Positions 31,632 to 41,191 of a DNA stretch of 64,000 nucleotides are shown here, piece after piece. Source of the stretch: Truepera sp. (GTDB lineage: Bacteria; Deinococcota; Deinococci; Deinococcales; Trueperaceae); the NCBI GenBank assembly GCA_965218435.1, contig CBDCKW010000005.1:620835-684834 (forward strand). Reading direction: 5' to 3'. Below the pieces are notes generated by a model. It did no database searches. It saw only the letters and a program-made list of their open reading frames with translations, and was not told where the DNA came from. Each line of letters starts with the position of its first letter. The stretch's first letter is position 1. The position numbers and the translations under genes were made by a program.

Positions 31632-31687
31632 AGGCGCCCCAGCCCAGCCAGGCTGAGGTGGAATGGATGACCGGCGACATGAGGGCT

Positions 31688-32470
31688 TTAGTTTGAGGAA
31701 TTTTCTGTCCAGGTCGGTGTCATTCCGGTGATGATGCGCTCGACCGCCTCGATGGACGAGGCGGTCGGACGGATATCATCGGCTACCACCTTGCCCCCTC
31801 GCAAAATGATGATGCGGTCGACGACTTGGAAAACGTGGTAAATGTTGTGGGCGATAAGGATGCAGGAGTGACCCGACTCTCGGGCGTTGCGAACAAAGCG
31901 CAACACGCCTTGCGTTTCCTCGACTCCGAGATTGTTGGTGGGTTCGTCAAGGATGATGAGGTCGCTGTCAAAGTGCATGGCCCGGGCGATAGCTACGGCT
32001 TGGCGCTCGCCGCCGGACAGCGCGCTAACCGGCGTGGTCGGCGGGATAGCTTTAGTTATCCCCACTCTTTTTAACAGGGTACGGGCAACCTCGTTCATCG
32101 CCTCTTGATCCATGCGGTTGAGAAAACGGGAGCCCGTGAGAGGTTCGCGCCCCAAAAAGAGGTTCCGGGCGATCGACAGCTGAGTGACTAAGGCCGAATC
32201 CTGATAAATTGTTTCGATCCCTCGGGCGATAGCGTCGCTCGTGCTCCGTAGCACTACCTTTTCGCCGTTCAGGTAAAGGCTGCCACTGCTAGCTTTTAGA
32301 GCACCCGAGAGGATCTTGATCAACGTCGACTTGCCCGCACCGTTATCCCCCAACAATCCCACAATCTCGTTTTTGTTGACTGTCAAAGACACGTTACTGA
32401 GCGCCTGAACGCGCCCAAAGAACTTGTCGATATTCTCCATGCGCACGAGCTCGGTGTCCACGATCTTCAC
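31688..32470 (-). CDS. Sugar ABC transporter ATP-binding protein (single domain)
   Basis: GDNGAGKST, LSGGERQ and LDEPT. Confidence 0.94.
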   Translation of the reverse strand: MKIVDTELVRMENIDKFFGRVQALSNVSLTVNKNEIVGLLGDNGAGKSTLIKILSGALKASSGSLYLNGEKVVLRSTSDAIARGIETIYQDSALVTQLSIARNLFLGREPLTGSRFLNRMDQEAMNEVARTLLKRVGITKAIPPTTPVSALSGGERQAVAIARAMHFDSDLIILDEPTNNLGVEETQGVLRFVRNARESGHSCILIAHNIYHVFQVVDRIIILRGGKVVADDIRPTASSIEAVERIITGMTPTWTENSSN

Positions 32471-33462
32471 TCGCCCGATTGGTGTCTGCGCTCGAGGGCA
32501 GAATGAAGCGCCATCATCGCTAAGATGATAGCGCCAATGAAGATGTTGTAAGCCAACGCTGGCACGTTGGTAAAGTTGATACCATTACGCATCAGGCGCA
32601 AAATGAACACTCCGAGAACCGTGCCTAAAATCGTGCCACGACCGCCCAACAGCGCCGTGCCGCCAATTACTACCATAGCGATGATCTCGAGCTCGTAACC
32701 GGTGCCGCTATTGGGGTTGGCGGCCGAAACCCTGATCGAACTCACGACCCCAGCGAACGCCGACATCGTGGCGGTCAAGATAAACAGCAAGACCTTGGTA
32801 CTGGCGACATTGACGCCCCGGGCTCTGGCGGCGGCGGCGTTACCACCAGACGCTTGGATCCAGTTGCCAAACCTGGTCCGCGAGAGGATATAACCGAAAA
32901 GAACTGCGAAGACAATAAACCATAGCAACGACGCGTAAACGTTCAATGAGCCGATATGAAAGTCACCAACGACGATAGTTACGAGGGGTGAGTCTGTCTG
33001 CCAGGTTCTCTGCGGAAAACCACTCGTTATGTAGAGTGCGCTGCCGCGCACGATGAGTAACATCCCAAGCGTCACCAAAAAGGATGGAATCTTGAGTCGC
33101 GTTACAAACCAGCCGTTGACGAAGCCGACAAACACTGCGCACAGCATTGCCAGCACAAACGCGACTTCCAGCGAGACGATGCCTTCGTTGTAAAGTGTCC
33201 ACATCAGCACGGGCGTAAATCCGAAAACCGAACCCACTGATAAATCGAACTCGCCAGCAATCATTAGCAAGGTCATGGCGAGCGCAATCATGCCAAGTTC
33301 CGGTACAAAGGCGAGTAGGTTACCGATGTTGAACACGCTCAAATAGTTCCCGGAGGATAGCGCCGTAAAAACGATGACCTCAGCCACAACGAGCATCAGG
33401 GGTCCAAATTCAGGTCGCAGCACGAATTGCTGAAGGCGTGACACCGAAGTTGGCTCATTCAT
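32467..33462 (-). CDS. Sugar ABC transporter permease
   Basis: GEFDLSVGS and YELEIIAMVVIGG; start position uncertain. Confidence 0.9.
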   Translation of the reverse strand: MNEPTSVSRLQQFVLRPEFGPLMLVVAEVIVFTALSSGNYLSVFNIGNLLAFVPELGMIALAMTLLMIAGEFDLSVGSVFGFTPVLMWTLYNEGIVSLEVAFVLAMLCAVFVGFVNGWFVTRLKIPSFLVTLGMLLIVRGSALYITSGFPQRTWQTDSPLVTIVVGDFHIGSLNVYASLLWFIVFAVLFGYILSRTRFGNWIQASGGNAAAARARGVNVASTKVLLFILTATMSAFAGVVSSIRVSAANPNSGTGYELEIIAMVVIGGTALLGGRGTILGTVLGVFILRLMRNGINFTNVPALAYNIFIGAIILAMMALHSALERRHQSGE

Positions 33463-33645
33463 AGAGATTTCTTTTTCGGCTCCAAGCACTGTTATTTCCT
33501 TTGACGTTGCGGTGAAAAGAGTGCACTCGCCAGCACTAGCGCTCTGAGCCGCCAAGGGTAAAGAGAAAGTAAGCCGCGCTCTCGGCACAAGTAATTCACG
33601 CTACCTACGTCCAAATCAGTTCGCGGCATCAAAAAGCCACTTCAC

Positions 33646-34581
33646 TTACTGTTGGCCTGACAGTACATCGTCGTAAGCCTGAGCCGTGTCAGCCTCGTAG
33701 AGCGCGCCCGTAGTGACGTTAAAGCCAACTGGAATGCCGCTCGCTTCCATCGCCGCAAGAGACAAAGCGACGTAGCTTGTTGCTTGCGGGTCTTGCCACT
33801 GCGCGGCATTCACGTAACCAGTAAGGACTTCTTGCGTGGTATCGAGCGAGTTGCCCCAGCCCACTACGGGGATGTCGCCTGGCGCAACACCGACCTGGTC
33901 AAACACGCGTTTGATGCTACCGGTGACAAGATCTCCCAAGCCGATAATCGCGTTGATCTTCTCTCGATTGGCTGTTAGATAGTCCGACATGCGCGTGATG
34001 ACCTCGGCTTGATCCAACGTCGCCTCCGTAACCTCCCAGGAAATACCGAGGGGTTTAAACACGCTGGCGATGCCTTCTTCTTCCTGAACACCGTAGGTCG
34101 CACCGGGGACTTCTACAGGCATCCAGACAAAGTTGCCCTTTTTAACCAAGCCTTTGTCTACCAAATACTGCGCCCAGGCGCGGCCAAAGGCAACGTTGTC
34201 TCCACCGACGTAAGCGTTGAAGTCAGCAGACGGGTCGGGGGTGTTGAAGTTGATGATAGGAACGCCCGCGGCTCTAGCTTCTGACACGACCTCGACCAAG
34301 CTGCCCGGGTCCGGGCTAGTCGTGACGATGCCAGCAGCCCCGGCAGCCAGTGCTACCCGGATTGCCTCTTGCTGAGAAGGAACGTCACCACTTTGAAACG
34401 ACGTACGAACGGTATTACCGGTGTCCTCGGCCCACTGATTAGCGCCGTCCAAAAAGTAAGTCCAGACGGGGTCGGCGGGGTCGCCATGTGAAATCCAGTA
34501 GTACACCTCGTCCTGAGCCAAACTTATTTGCCCCATGCACACGAGTCCAACGACAAAAGCGAGTAGCAGTTTCCGCAGCAT
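33646..34581 (-). CDS. Sugar ABC substrate-binding protein
   Basis: Signal peptide (SLAQD), ISHG..DP.W and AYVGGDN. Confidence 0.9.
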   Translation of the reverse strand: MLRKLLLAFVVGLVCMGQISLAQDEVYYWISHGDPADPVWTYFLDGANQWAEDTGNTVRTSFQSGDVPSQQEAIRVALAAGAAGIVTTSPDPGSLVEVVSEARAAGVPIINFNTPDPSADFNAYVGGDNVAFGRAWAQYLVDKGLVKKGNFVWMPVEVPGATYGVQEEEGIASVFKPLGISWEVTEATLDQAEVITRMSDYLTANREKINAIIGLGDLVTGSIKRVFDQVGVAPGDIPVVGWGNSLDTTQEVLTGYVNAAQWQDPQATSYVALSLAAMEASGIPVGFNVTTGALYEADTAQAYDDVLSGQQ

Positions 34582-34608
34582 TTACGTACCCCTTTCGTGA
34601 TTCGGCTC

Positions 34609-34638
34609 AGTATACTGGTACGGACCACTCGATGTCTA
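34609..34638 (-). promoter_or_regulatory. Promoter with operator TGGTACGGACCA (copy 2)
   Basis: Minus strand TAGACA-18 nt-TATACT; operator at 34616-34627. Confidence 0.75.
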
Positions 34639-35052
34639 GCACTTAGCCAAACCCTTGCAATTTGGGGAATGTCCTGGATTTCGTGTTTAACCGAATCAGT
34701 CAAAATAGGGTTGGTCTTGGTCTATAACTTTGGACAATTGAATCATACGCTAAGCCGCTAGCCCAGCGAAAGTACCTTCGCGCTGTTTGATAATTTCAAA
34801 ACGTTCCGGGGTTTCAAAACGTAGTGAGCTGTGCAACCGTTCGCGGTTGTAGTAAATCTCAATGAATTCGAAGATGGCAGCGCGAGCCTCGTCGCGGGTG
34901 GCAAAGCGCTCTCGGGGATAGACTAGCTCCCTTTTAAGCGTCGCCCAGAAGCTTTCGATCACCGCATTATCGAAGCAAGCCCCCTTGCCAGTAAAACTAG
35001 CGCAGATGGCTTGGCTGGCGAGTTCTTTTTGATAGCGGTAACTGGTGTACTG

Positions 35053-36496
35053 GGCGAATTCAACCGGTTGTTGCAACACGTTTCTGAAGTGATGATAGCT
35101 GAACGTCGAGTGCTTCTGCAGGAGTCTTCCAAGCAAGCGTTTTTCTAGGTCGGGTATTGAGCGTTTTAGCGACGGCTTCAAGGTCATCACGGCTATGCTT
35201 GCTGAGGTCTGTACCTTTGGGAAAGTACTGGCGCAGTAAGCCGTTGGTGTTCTCATTCGTGCCGCGCTGCCAAGGGCTGCTCGGGTTACAGAAGTATATT
35301 CCGGGGTTTGTATCAATGCGCAACTGTGCGTGCTGCGCCATCTCGGCACCTTGATCCCAGGCGAGAGATTTGCGGAGTTGCTCGGGAAGCTTGGTTATCG
35401 TAGCGGCAATGGCGTCTCGCACAGCTTCAGCGCCGTGCCCCGCTAACGCCGGGCCGTTCTTGGCTCTCGGAGCTATACCGTGACCGTCCATAGGTGGGAG
35501 GTGTAGCAGCAGGGTGAATCTGGTCGTGCGTTCAACTAGTGTACCGATAGCCGAACTATTGAGTCCGAGGATGAGGTCGCCTTCACAGTGTCCGGGAACA
35601 GCACGGTCATCGGCTTCGGGAGGACGCTGACTAATCATCACTTCGGGCGTGATGAACTGTTTGCCTCGCCCTCTTGTCCTAGCCCTGGGAACACGAAGCG
35701 CTCGACCCGTACGTAGGCAAGCGGTTAATTCACGCTTGAGTGCACCGCGACTCTGGATATAAAGCGCCTGGTAGATAGCCTCGTGCGAGATACGCATACT
35801 TTTATCATCAGGGAAGTCGACCTTGAGTCGGTGAGAAATTTGCTCAGGACTCCATGCTAATGCCCAGCGTCGGTTCTGCCGCCGTCCATGTCGCCGTCCC
35901 ATCCACGTCACCTGCGGGCCGGGAACCGAAGCACCGTCAGGTGTTTTTACTTCGCCAGCAAGTCTCTCTTGGACGTACTGGCGTAACTGGTGGTTCTCGA
36001 CCAGTTTGGCAAGCTTAGGCCGTCTTGCTGCGCGTTCCGCCTTCCACTGTGCCGTGGAAGCGCGATACTTCAGCTGCCCACTACGCGTTGCCGCGTTGCG
36101 GCGCAGCTCACGACTGATTGTGGCTGGGGAACGACCCAAACTGCGGGCTACTGCCCGTACCCCCAACCCTTGCACCCGCAGTAAAGCGATCTCTTCTCGT
36201 TCGGCAAACGATAGGTAACGTCCTGATAGCGGCGACAGCTGAAGGGGTGACATGCCCCCAGCCTGCCTGAACCAGCGCGCACCCACTGCGGGTGACGTCC
36301 CACACGCTACAGCCGCGTCTTCACTCGACTTCCCGACAGCAATACCCCTCCAGAACCCACGCTCGAGCTCACGACTTATTCCTGGATGTCCTGGCGACCG
36401 CATCATCGGCCTACCCGTTTGCGCTGCACCCCATCCTTTTGGTCGTCCCATATCTCCACCTCCATTGAGGTGTTGCATCGACCAGTTGAATTTACC
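35053..36496 (-). mobile_element. IS30-family element, 1444 bp
   Basis: IRs GGCGAATTCAACCGGTTGTTGCAACAC / GGTAAATTCAACTGGTCGATGCAACAC; 3-bp duplication CTG at 35050-52 and 36497-99. Confidence 0.92.
35060..36451 (-). CDS. IS30 transposase
   Basis: TISRELRRN, WSPEQIS, GHCEGDLI, WDQGAEM and PWQRGTNENTNGLLRQYFPKG. Confidence 0.92.
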   Translation of the reverse strand: MGRPKGWGAAQTGRPMMRSPGHPGISRELERGFWRGIAVGKSSEDAAVACGTSPAVGARWFRQAGGMSPLQLSPLSGRYLSFAEREEIALLRVQGLGVRAVARSLGRSPATISRELRRNAATRSGQLKYRASTAQWKAERAARRPKLAKLVENHQLRQYVQERLAGEVKTPDGASVPGPQVTWMGRRHGRRQNRRWALAWSPEQISHRLKVDFPDDKSMRISHEAIYQALYIQSRGALKRELTACLRTGRALRVPRARTRGRGKQFITPEVMISQRPPEADDRAVPGHCEGDLILGLNSSAIGTLVERTTRFTLLLHLPPMDGHGIAPRAKNGPALAGHGAEAVRDAIAATITKLPEQLRKSLAWDQGAEMAQHAQLRIDTNPGIYFCNPSSPWQRGTNENTNGLLRQYFPKGTDLSKHSRDDLEAVAKTLNTRPRKTLAWKTPAEALDVQLSSLQKRVATTG

Positions 36497-37086
36497 CTGG
36501 CTCCCTCGATCCGACTGCTGGATCAGTCCAGGCGCAGGCTTTCGCTTGGTGACAGCACTCCGCAGCGCTTGCACCACAAGCTCGGTCTTCATGTTGCCGT
36601 CCATGGCATAACCGACGATGCGCTTCGAGAAGCCGTCGATCACGCCCGCCAGGTAAAGCCAGCCTTCATCAGTCGGGATATACGTGATATCGACGTGCCA
36701 AAGCTGATTGATGGCGGTAATTTCGAGCTCTTCTGCTAAGAGGTTACGAGTCTCTGTGACCTCCAGGAGTTCGCGTTTAGGACGGTATTTAGGGGTACTA
36801 ACGGCATAGAGCCCCTCACGCCGCATCAGCCGTTTGACGCGGCCCAGCGAGCAGGGCACTTCTTGCTTGCTGAGTTCGGCGTGAACCCGAGGACTCCCGT
36901 AACGCCCCTTGTGCTTGGTGAACACCCCTTTGATCTGCCCGAGCAGCGCGAGGTTAGCCTTTTCGCGTTTACTTGGCACTTGCCGCCGCCGAAAAGCATG
37001 ATAGTAACTGCGCTTCGGCACCCCCAGTACGTGACAAAGGACGCCGACAGGAAACTCGTTTTTGTGGGCTTCGACAAAGGCGCATT

Positions 37087-37392
37087 TCAAGTCGAGTGCC
37101 TCGCAAAATAAATGGCGGCCTTTTTTACAATCGCTAACTCCATCTCGAGCCGCTTCACCTCACCTTGCAAACGCCTTAGCTCGGCGTCCTCGGCAGTTGG
37201 TTGTGCCCGCTTATGTCCTGGTAGCAAACGTCCTTCACGGTACTGCTTACGCCACTTGGTGAGGTTCGCTTGCGGAATCCCCAGGCTATTAGCAGCTTCT
37301 GAAACGGTGTAGCCCTTCTCCTCGAGCAGTTTCACCGCATCGACCTTAAACGCCATCGGGTACTGCCTGACTACTCTTTTACCCTCTGACAT
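37087..37392 (-). CDS. IS3 transposase OrfA
   Basis: Same protein as 19558..19863; its stop overlaps the orfB start (TTGA). Confidence 0.9.
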   Translation of the reverse strand: MSEGKRVVRQYPMAFKVDAVKLLEEKGYTVSEAANSLGIPQANLTKWRKQYREGRLLPGHKRAQPTAEDAELRRLQGEVKRLEMELAIVKKAAIYFARHST

Positions 37393-37681
37393 AAGCTTCT
37401 CCTTGGCAGGATTCTAGACCCTGCTAGTTTTGTCCAAGGAGATGGACCAAGCCCATTTTTCTCTTTGCCGCCTATGTAGGTCTCGTCAACCTCTACAGCG
37501 TCCTTAAGTGGCTCTTGAAAAGTTTCGGTTTGGGCAGCGTGGCGTAAACGGTGAAGCATGAACCACGCGGTCTTTTGCGTCACACCTAAGTCTTTAGCAA
37601 GCTGAACGCTCGAAATGCCCTTACTATGCTGCGTGATGAGGTAGATAGCGGTAAACCATTTGCGGAGAGCGATCTTAGAAT

Positions 37682-38574
37682 AGACCTCCGGCGAAAGTAG
37701 GTCAAAGATGACAGACTGTAAGAATGCGAGAGCAAACCGTGCGAAGTCTGGCATTACCGACTGAGAAGTTCAAGCGCAAACTTGGGGTCAAGCCGCCGAC
37801 GTTTGCGAAAATGTTAGAGATACTTAAAGCACGAGAGCTAAAGAAAAAGAAACGAGGGCGCACGCCCGCTTTAGGTTTAGAAGACCAACTTGTACTGACG
37901 CTTTCTTTTTGGCGAGAGTATCGGACGCACTTTCATCTTGCAGAGGACTGGCAGGTTGACGAAAGTACGGTGCGGCGGACGATAGAACGAGTGGAAGAAG
38001 CACTCATCAGCTTGGGCGATTTCACGCTACCGGGGCGTAAAGCACTGCGCGATGACCACAACTTAGAAGTCGTCGTGGTAGACATCGCCGAATCACCGAT
38101 TGAACGCCCCAAAAAAACAGCGGGCTTACTACTCGGGTAAGAAAAAACAGCATACGCAAAAGAGCCAGGTTTTTGTCAACCTAAAGACAAAGTGCATCCT
38201 TAGTACAGCTTATGGCAAAGGACGCCGACACGACTTCAAGCTACTCGAGCAGAGTCGCTGTGCCCAGCACTTGTATAAAGACACCCAACTCCTCTCAGAC
38301 AGCGGCTTTCAAGGCGTTGCTAAGTTCCACGCTAACAGCCGCACCCCGCATAAGCGCTGGCGTGGCAAGGTACTCACTTATGAACAAAAAGCTCATAACC
38401 GCACCTTGGCCAGAGAACGCATCGTAGCTGAACATGTCATTCGTAAGCTCAAAGTCTTCCGCGTTCTTAAAGAAACTTACCGTCATAGAAGACGCCGTTT
38501 CGGTCTCAGGCTCAACCTCATCGCTGCGCTCTATAATTATGACCTACAAGTTACGTGACTTTCGCCGGAGGTCT
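37682..38574 (+). mobile_element. IS5-family (ISL2/IS702-like) element, copy 1, 893 bp
   Basis: Perfect 17-bp IR AGACCTCCGGCGAAAGT; AAT target duplication at 37679-81 and 38575-77. Confidence 0.93.
37724..38558 (+). CDS. IS5-family transposase in two overlapping ORFs (likely -1 frameshift at CCCCAAAAAAAC)
   Basis: orfA HTH ending ..IERPKK; orfB YSGKKKQHT, DSGFQG and RIVAEH; the same split occurs in copy 2. Confidence 0.85.
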
Positions 38575-38858
38575 AATCTTTAAAGATGGTGCCGACGCGG
38601 ATAGAGAAACGCTTTTTGCACTCGGCACACTTAAAGGTGCGCCCATCAGAGAAGTGATAGACCTTTGTGCAGCCACAGTGCGGGCAGTATTCAGCGTCAC
38701 GCCAGCGGATAGCCCGAAGATGATCAATGCAAGCCTGTTCGGTGGGGAACGCTTCAAAAAGGTCGTACAGGCTTTTGAATTGCTTGATCATCGGGCTATC
38801 TCCTATACCCTTATAATACTCCTATATGCTGATATTGTCAACTTAATTCAGCAAAGGT

Positions 38859-39068
38859 CTAATTGATAGAAGATCGTGTTTTTTCGATGAGGGAGCGTAT
38901 GAACTCACTTCGTGTAGCATCACCGCGTATGCCGTCAAGCCATACGGCTTGCTCGTCTGACAGCCTGATATTAACTTTCGTATCGCCTACCTTTGGTCTA
39001 CCTGCACCTTCGCGTACGCCGCCTGAATTAGCACGTGCGCCGCCGCGTCTATCGCCTTTAATGTCCAT
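38859..39068 (-). CDS. Small ribbon-helix-helix-like DNA-binding passenger protein of IS1595
   Basis: Repeated GGAR/GGVREGAGRPK arm followed by VNIRLSDE..WLD..RSEFIRSLI; leaderless TAGCGT-6nt-ATG. Confidence 0.7.
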   Translation of the reverse strand: MDIKGDRRGGARANSGGVREGAGRPKVGDTKVNIRLSDEQAVWLDGIRGDATRSEFIRSLIEKTRSSIN

Positions 39069-39316
39069 AGCCTTACGCTAAAGCCTAATGCTGATATTGT
39101 CAACCAATTTCAGATGGCTTACGCTTTTAAGGCTAGGTCACACACGTATGTAGTTCCCAAATAATTTGTCCATTACCCGCACTCAATCATTGGCGTTGGA
39201 GCAGCAGCCGTCTTACAACCTTGCACGTCATTTTGATAAACTTTTCTTGCCCGAGAACTTCGACACCGTAGCAGGGCTTTCTGGCCGAACGAGGCTCGAG
39301 CCGGGTGGACGACGCA

Positions 39317-39332
39317 GCGCAATCGATTGCGC
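39317..39332. promoter_or_regulatory. LacI-type operator GCGCAATCGATTGCGC (copy 2)
   Basis: Perfect 16-bp palindrome 45 bp upstream of the Zn-dehydrogenase operon that contains the lacI-type gene. Confidence 0.8.
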
Positions 39333-39377
39333 CCACAACTGTTTTCTGGTAACAATAAAGCAAGAGAAGAGGCGCGC

Positions 39378-40412
39378 ATGAAAGCAGTTCTGAAACTCGC
39401 GCCCGGCCCAGGAAAAATTGGGGTTGGGGATGTTCCCGAACCTTCACCCGGGCCGGGTCAGGTGCTCATCGAAGTCGCGGCGGCAGGCATCTGCGGTACC
39501 GACTTGCATATTTACCACGATGAATTCAAAACTCGGCCACCAGTTGTTTTAGGGCATGAACTGGCAGGTGAAGTGGTCGCTTTGGGTACTGGGACCAAGG
39601 GTGTGGCGTTGGGCGCTCGAGTCACCACCGAAACTTATTTTTCGACCTGCGGTAAGTGTCGTTACTGCCGCACCGGCCATCCCAACTTATGTTTGGAGCG
39701 CCGCTCTATTGGCTCGGCGGTAAACGGCGGTTTTACCCGTTATGTGGTGGTGCCCGCCCATAACGTGCACGAGCTGCCGCCCCAGCTCAGTTTTGAGGCG
39801 GGCGCTCTCACCGAGCCGCTAGCCTGCGTGGTTCATGGCGTCTTATCGACGCCGACCGTGCGCCCCGGCGATCTAGCCGTGGTGGCCGGCCCCGGCGCCA
39901 TCGGTCTATTGACGCTGCAGGTCCTAAAAGCGGCGGGGGCAACGGTGCTCGTGTTGGGGACAGACGCCGACACCCGGCGCTTGGAGCTTGCGCGTACTCT
40001 AGGCGCCGATTACGTACTCAACGTTCACCAAGAAGACGTCGACACTCTTGTCCGCGAGGTGAGCTTTGAGGGTTTAGGCGCAGACGTGGTTTACGAATGT
40101 TCTGGTGCAGGGCTGGCAGCGCAGCAGCTGTTAAACCTTGTGCGCCGGGGAGGCCGCTACGCGCAGATTGGCCTTTTCGGCAAGCCAATTGGCTGGGACC
40201 TCGACCAGGTCTGCTATAAGGAATTACGGGTTACGGGCAGCAACGCCAGTGTGCCTGCAGCCTGGATCGGGGCACTGAAGTTGCTGGCCTCGGGCGCCGT
40301 CAAGACAGAAGCGCTTATTTCCGACAGCTTGCCCATCACCGAGTGGCGCGCGGCCTTTGAGCGCTTCGAACGCAAAGAGGATGTCAAACTCCTCTTGACG
40401 CCGATTACGTGA
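39378..40412 (+). CDS. Zinc-dependent alcohol/polyol dehydrogenase
   Basis: [23 protein letters not shown] and GPGAIG. Confidence 0.93.
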   Translation: MKAVLKLAPGPGKIGVGDVPEPSPGPGQVLIEVAAAGICGTDLHIYHDEFKTRPPVVLGHELAGEVVALGTGTKGVALGARVTTETYFSTCGKCRYCRTGHPNLCLERRSIGSAVNGGFTRYVVVPAHNVHELPPQLSFEAGALTEPLACVVHGVLSTPTVRPGDLAVVAGPGAIGLLTLQVLKAAGATVLVLGTDADTRRLELARTLGADYVLNVHQEDVDTLVREVSFEGLGADVVYECSGAGLAAQQLLNLVRRGGRYAQIGLFGKPIGWDLDQVCYKELRVTGSNASVPAAWIGALKLLASGAVKTEALISDSLPITEWRAAFERFERKEDVKLLLTPIT

Positions 40413-41185
40413 CGTTGAATGGCCAAGTCGCGCTGGTGACAGGCGCTTCCCAGCCCCGCAGCATCGGTTGGGGCATTGCCAAGGCGTTAGCCGAAGCTGG
40501 GGCGGAGGTCGTCGTGAACGACGCCTATCATCTGGACGATTTGCAGGCTCGAGCAGCCGAGCTGCAGGCGCTGGGCCAGCGCTCGCTGGCGCTAAAAGCT
40601 GACGTGACCGACGCTGCCCAGGTGACCAATATGGTGGCCCAAACGGTCGCCCAGCTGGGCCGGCTCGACGTTGTGGTCAGTAACGCAGGCATCATTCGTT
40701 GGGAGCGCTTTCCCAACATCATGCCCGAGAGCTTAAGAAGCATCTTGCGAGTCAACCTTCTAGGCAACGTCAACGTCTGCCGGGCGGCGGCGACAAGGAT
40801 GATCGAGCAAGGGGAAGGAGGACGGATCATTTTCGTTTCTTCGGTGCAGAGCGATGTGCAGTTTCCCAGCACCCCCATCTACGGGGCCAGTAAACACGCC
40901 ATGCACGCGCTTGTGGGCTCGGTCGCCCTTGAGCTTGCCCCGTACGCCATCACCGTCAACCATATAGGGCCCGGCTGGGTGCGCTCACCCCTCAACGACG
41001 CCGCACCCGACCAGCAGACAGCCGCCGACCTAGCGGCGCAGCGTGACGCCGTGCCTCTGCATCGGGACGGCTCGATCGAAGAGATTGGCGCGGCGGTAAG
41101 CTATCTCGCTTCACCCCAAGCCGCCTACACTACAGGCGCTTTTATCCGTATTGACGGGGGTCTCGGCATCAGCAAGTATAGTTAG
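40409..41185 (+). CDS. Short-chain dehydrogenase/reductase
   Basis: VTGAS..SIGWG, SNAG, YGASK and IDGG. Confidence 0.92.
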   Translation: MTLNGQVALVTGASQPRSIGWGIAKALAEAGAEVVVNDAYHLDDLQARAAELQALGQRSLALKADVTDAAQVTNMVAQTVAQLGRLDVVVSNAGIIRWERFPNIMPESLRSILRVNLLGNVNVCRAAATRMIEQGEGGRIIFVSSVQSDVQFPSTPIYGASKHAMHALVGSVALELAPYAITVNHIGPGWVRSPLNDAAPDQQTAADLAAQRDAVPLHRDGSIEEIGAAVSYLASPQAAYTTGAFIRIDGGLGISKYS

Positions 41186-41191
41186 TGGACC

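Larger units (their letters stand above)
34750..37090 (-). pseudogene. IS3 transposase OrfB split by IS30 (5' part 37090-36497, 3' part 35052-34750)
   Basis: Removing IS30 and one CTG restores ...QQSDRGSQYTSYRYQ... Confidence 0.88.
34712..37455 (-). mobile_element. IS3-family element interrupted by IS30
   Basis: Imperfect IRs TGGGCTTGGTCCATCTCCTTGGACAA / TGGTCTTGGTCTATAACTTTGGACAA; orfA plus orfB (WHVDITYI, SDRGSQY, DNAVIESF); no flanking target duplication. Confidence 0.92.
37456..39158 (-). mobile_element. IS1595-family element, truncated by IS3 and interrupted by IS5
   Basis: Zn ribbon CPHCG..CAEC (38791-38575) continues after the IS5 as SKIALRKWF..GISSVQLA..TQKTAWFM..VEVDETYIGG; putative end GGGAACTACATA at ~39158. 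Confidence 0.85.

Noticed and set aside
19927..34711. Active composite transposon bounded by IS3 copies
   Set aside because: The left copy lacks its outer end and orfB, the right copy is disrupted, and the regulon sites extend beyond the bracket.
35060..37090. The 676-aa ORF as a novel natural transposase family
   Set aside because: Fully explained by an IS30 insertion, with IRs and a CTG duplication, into IS3 orfB.
38100..38140. The IS5 transposase frameshift as a sequencing error
   Set aside because: Identical in both copies and at an A7 slippery site typical of this IS group.
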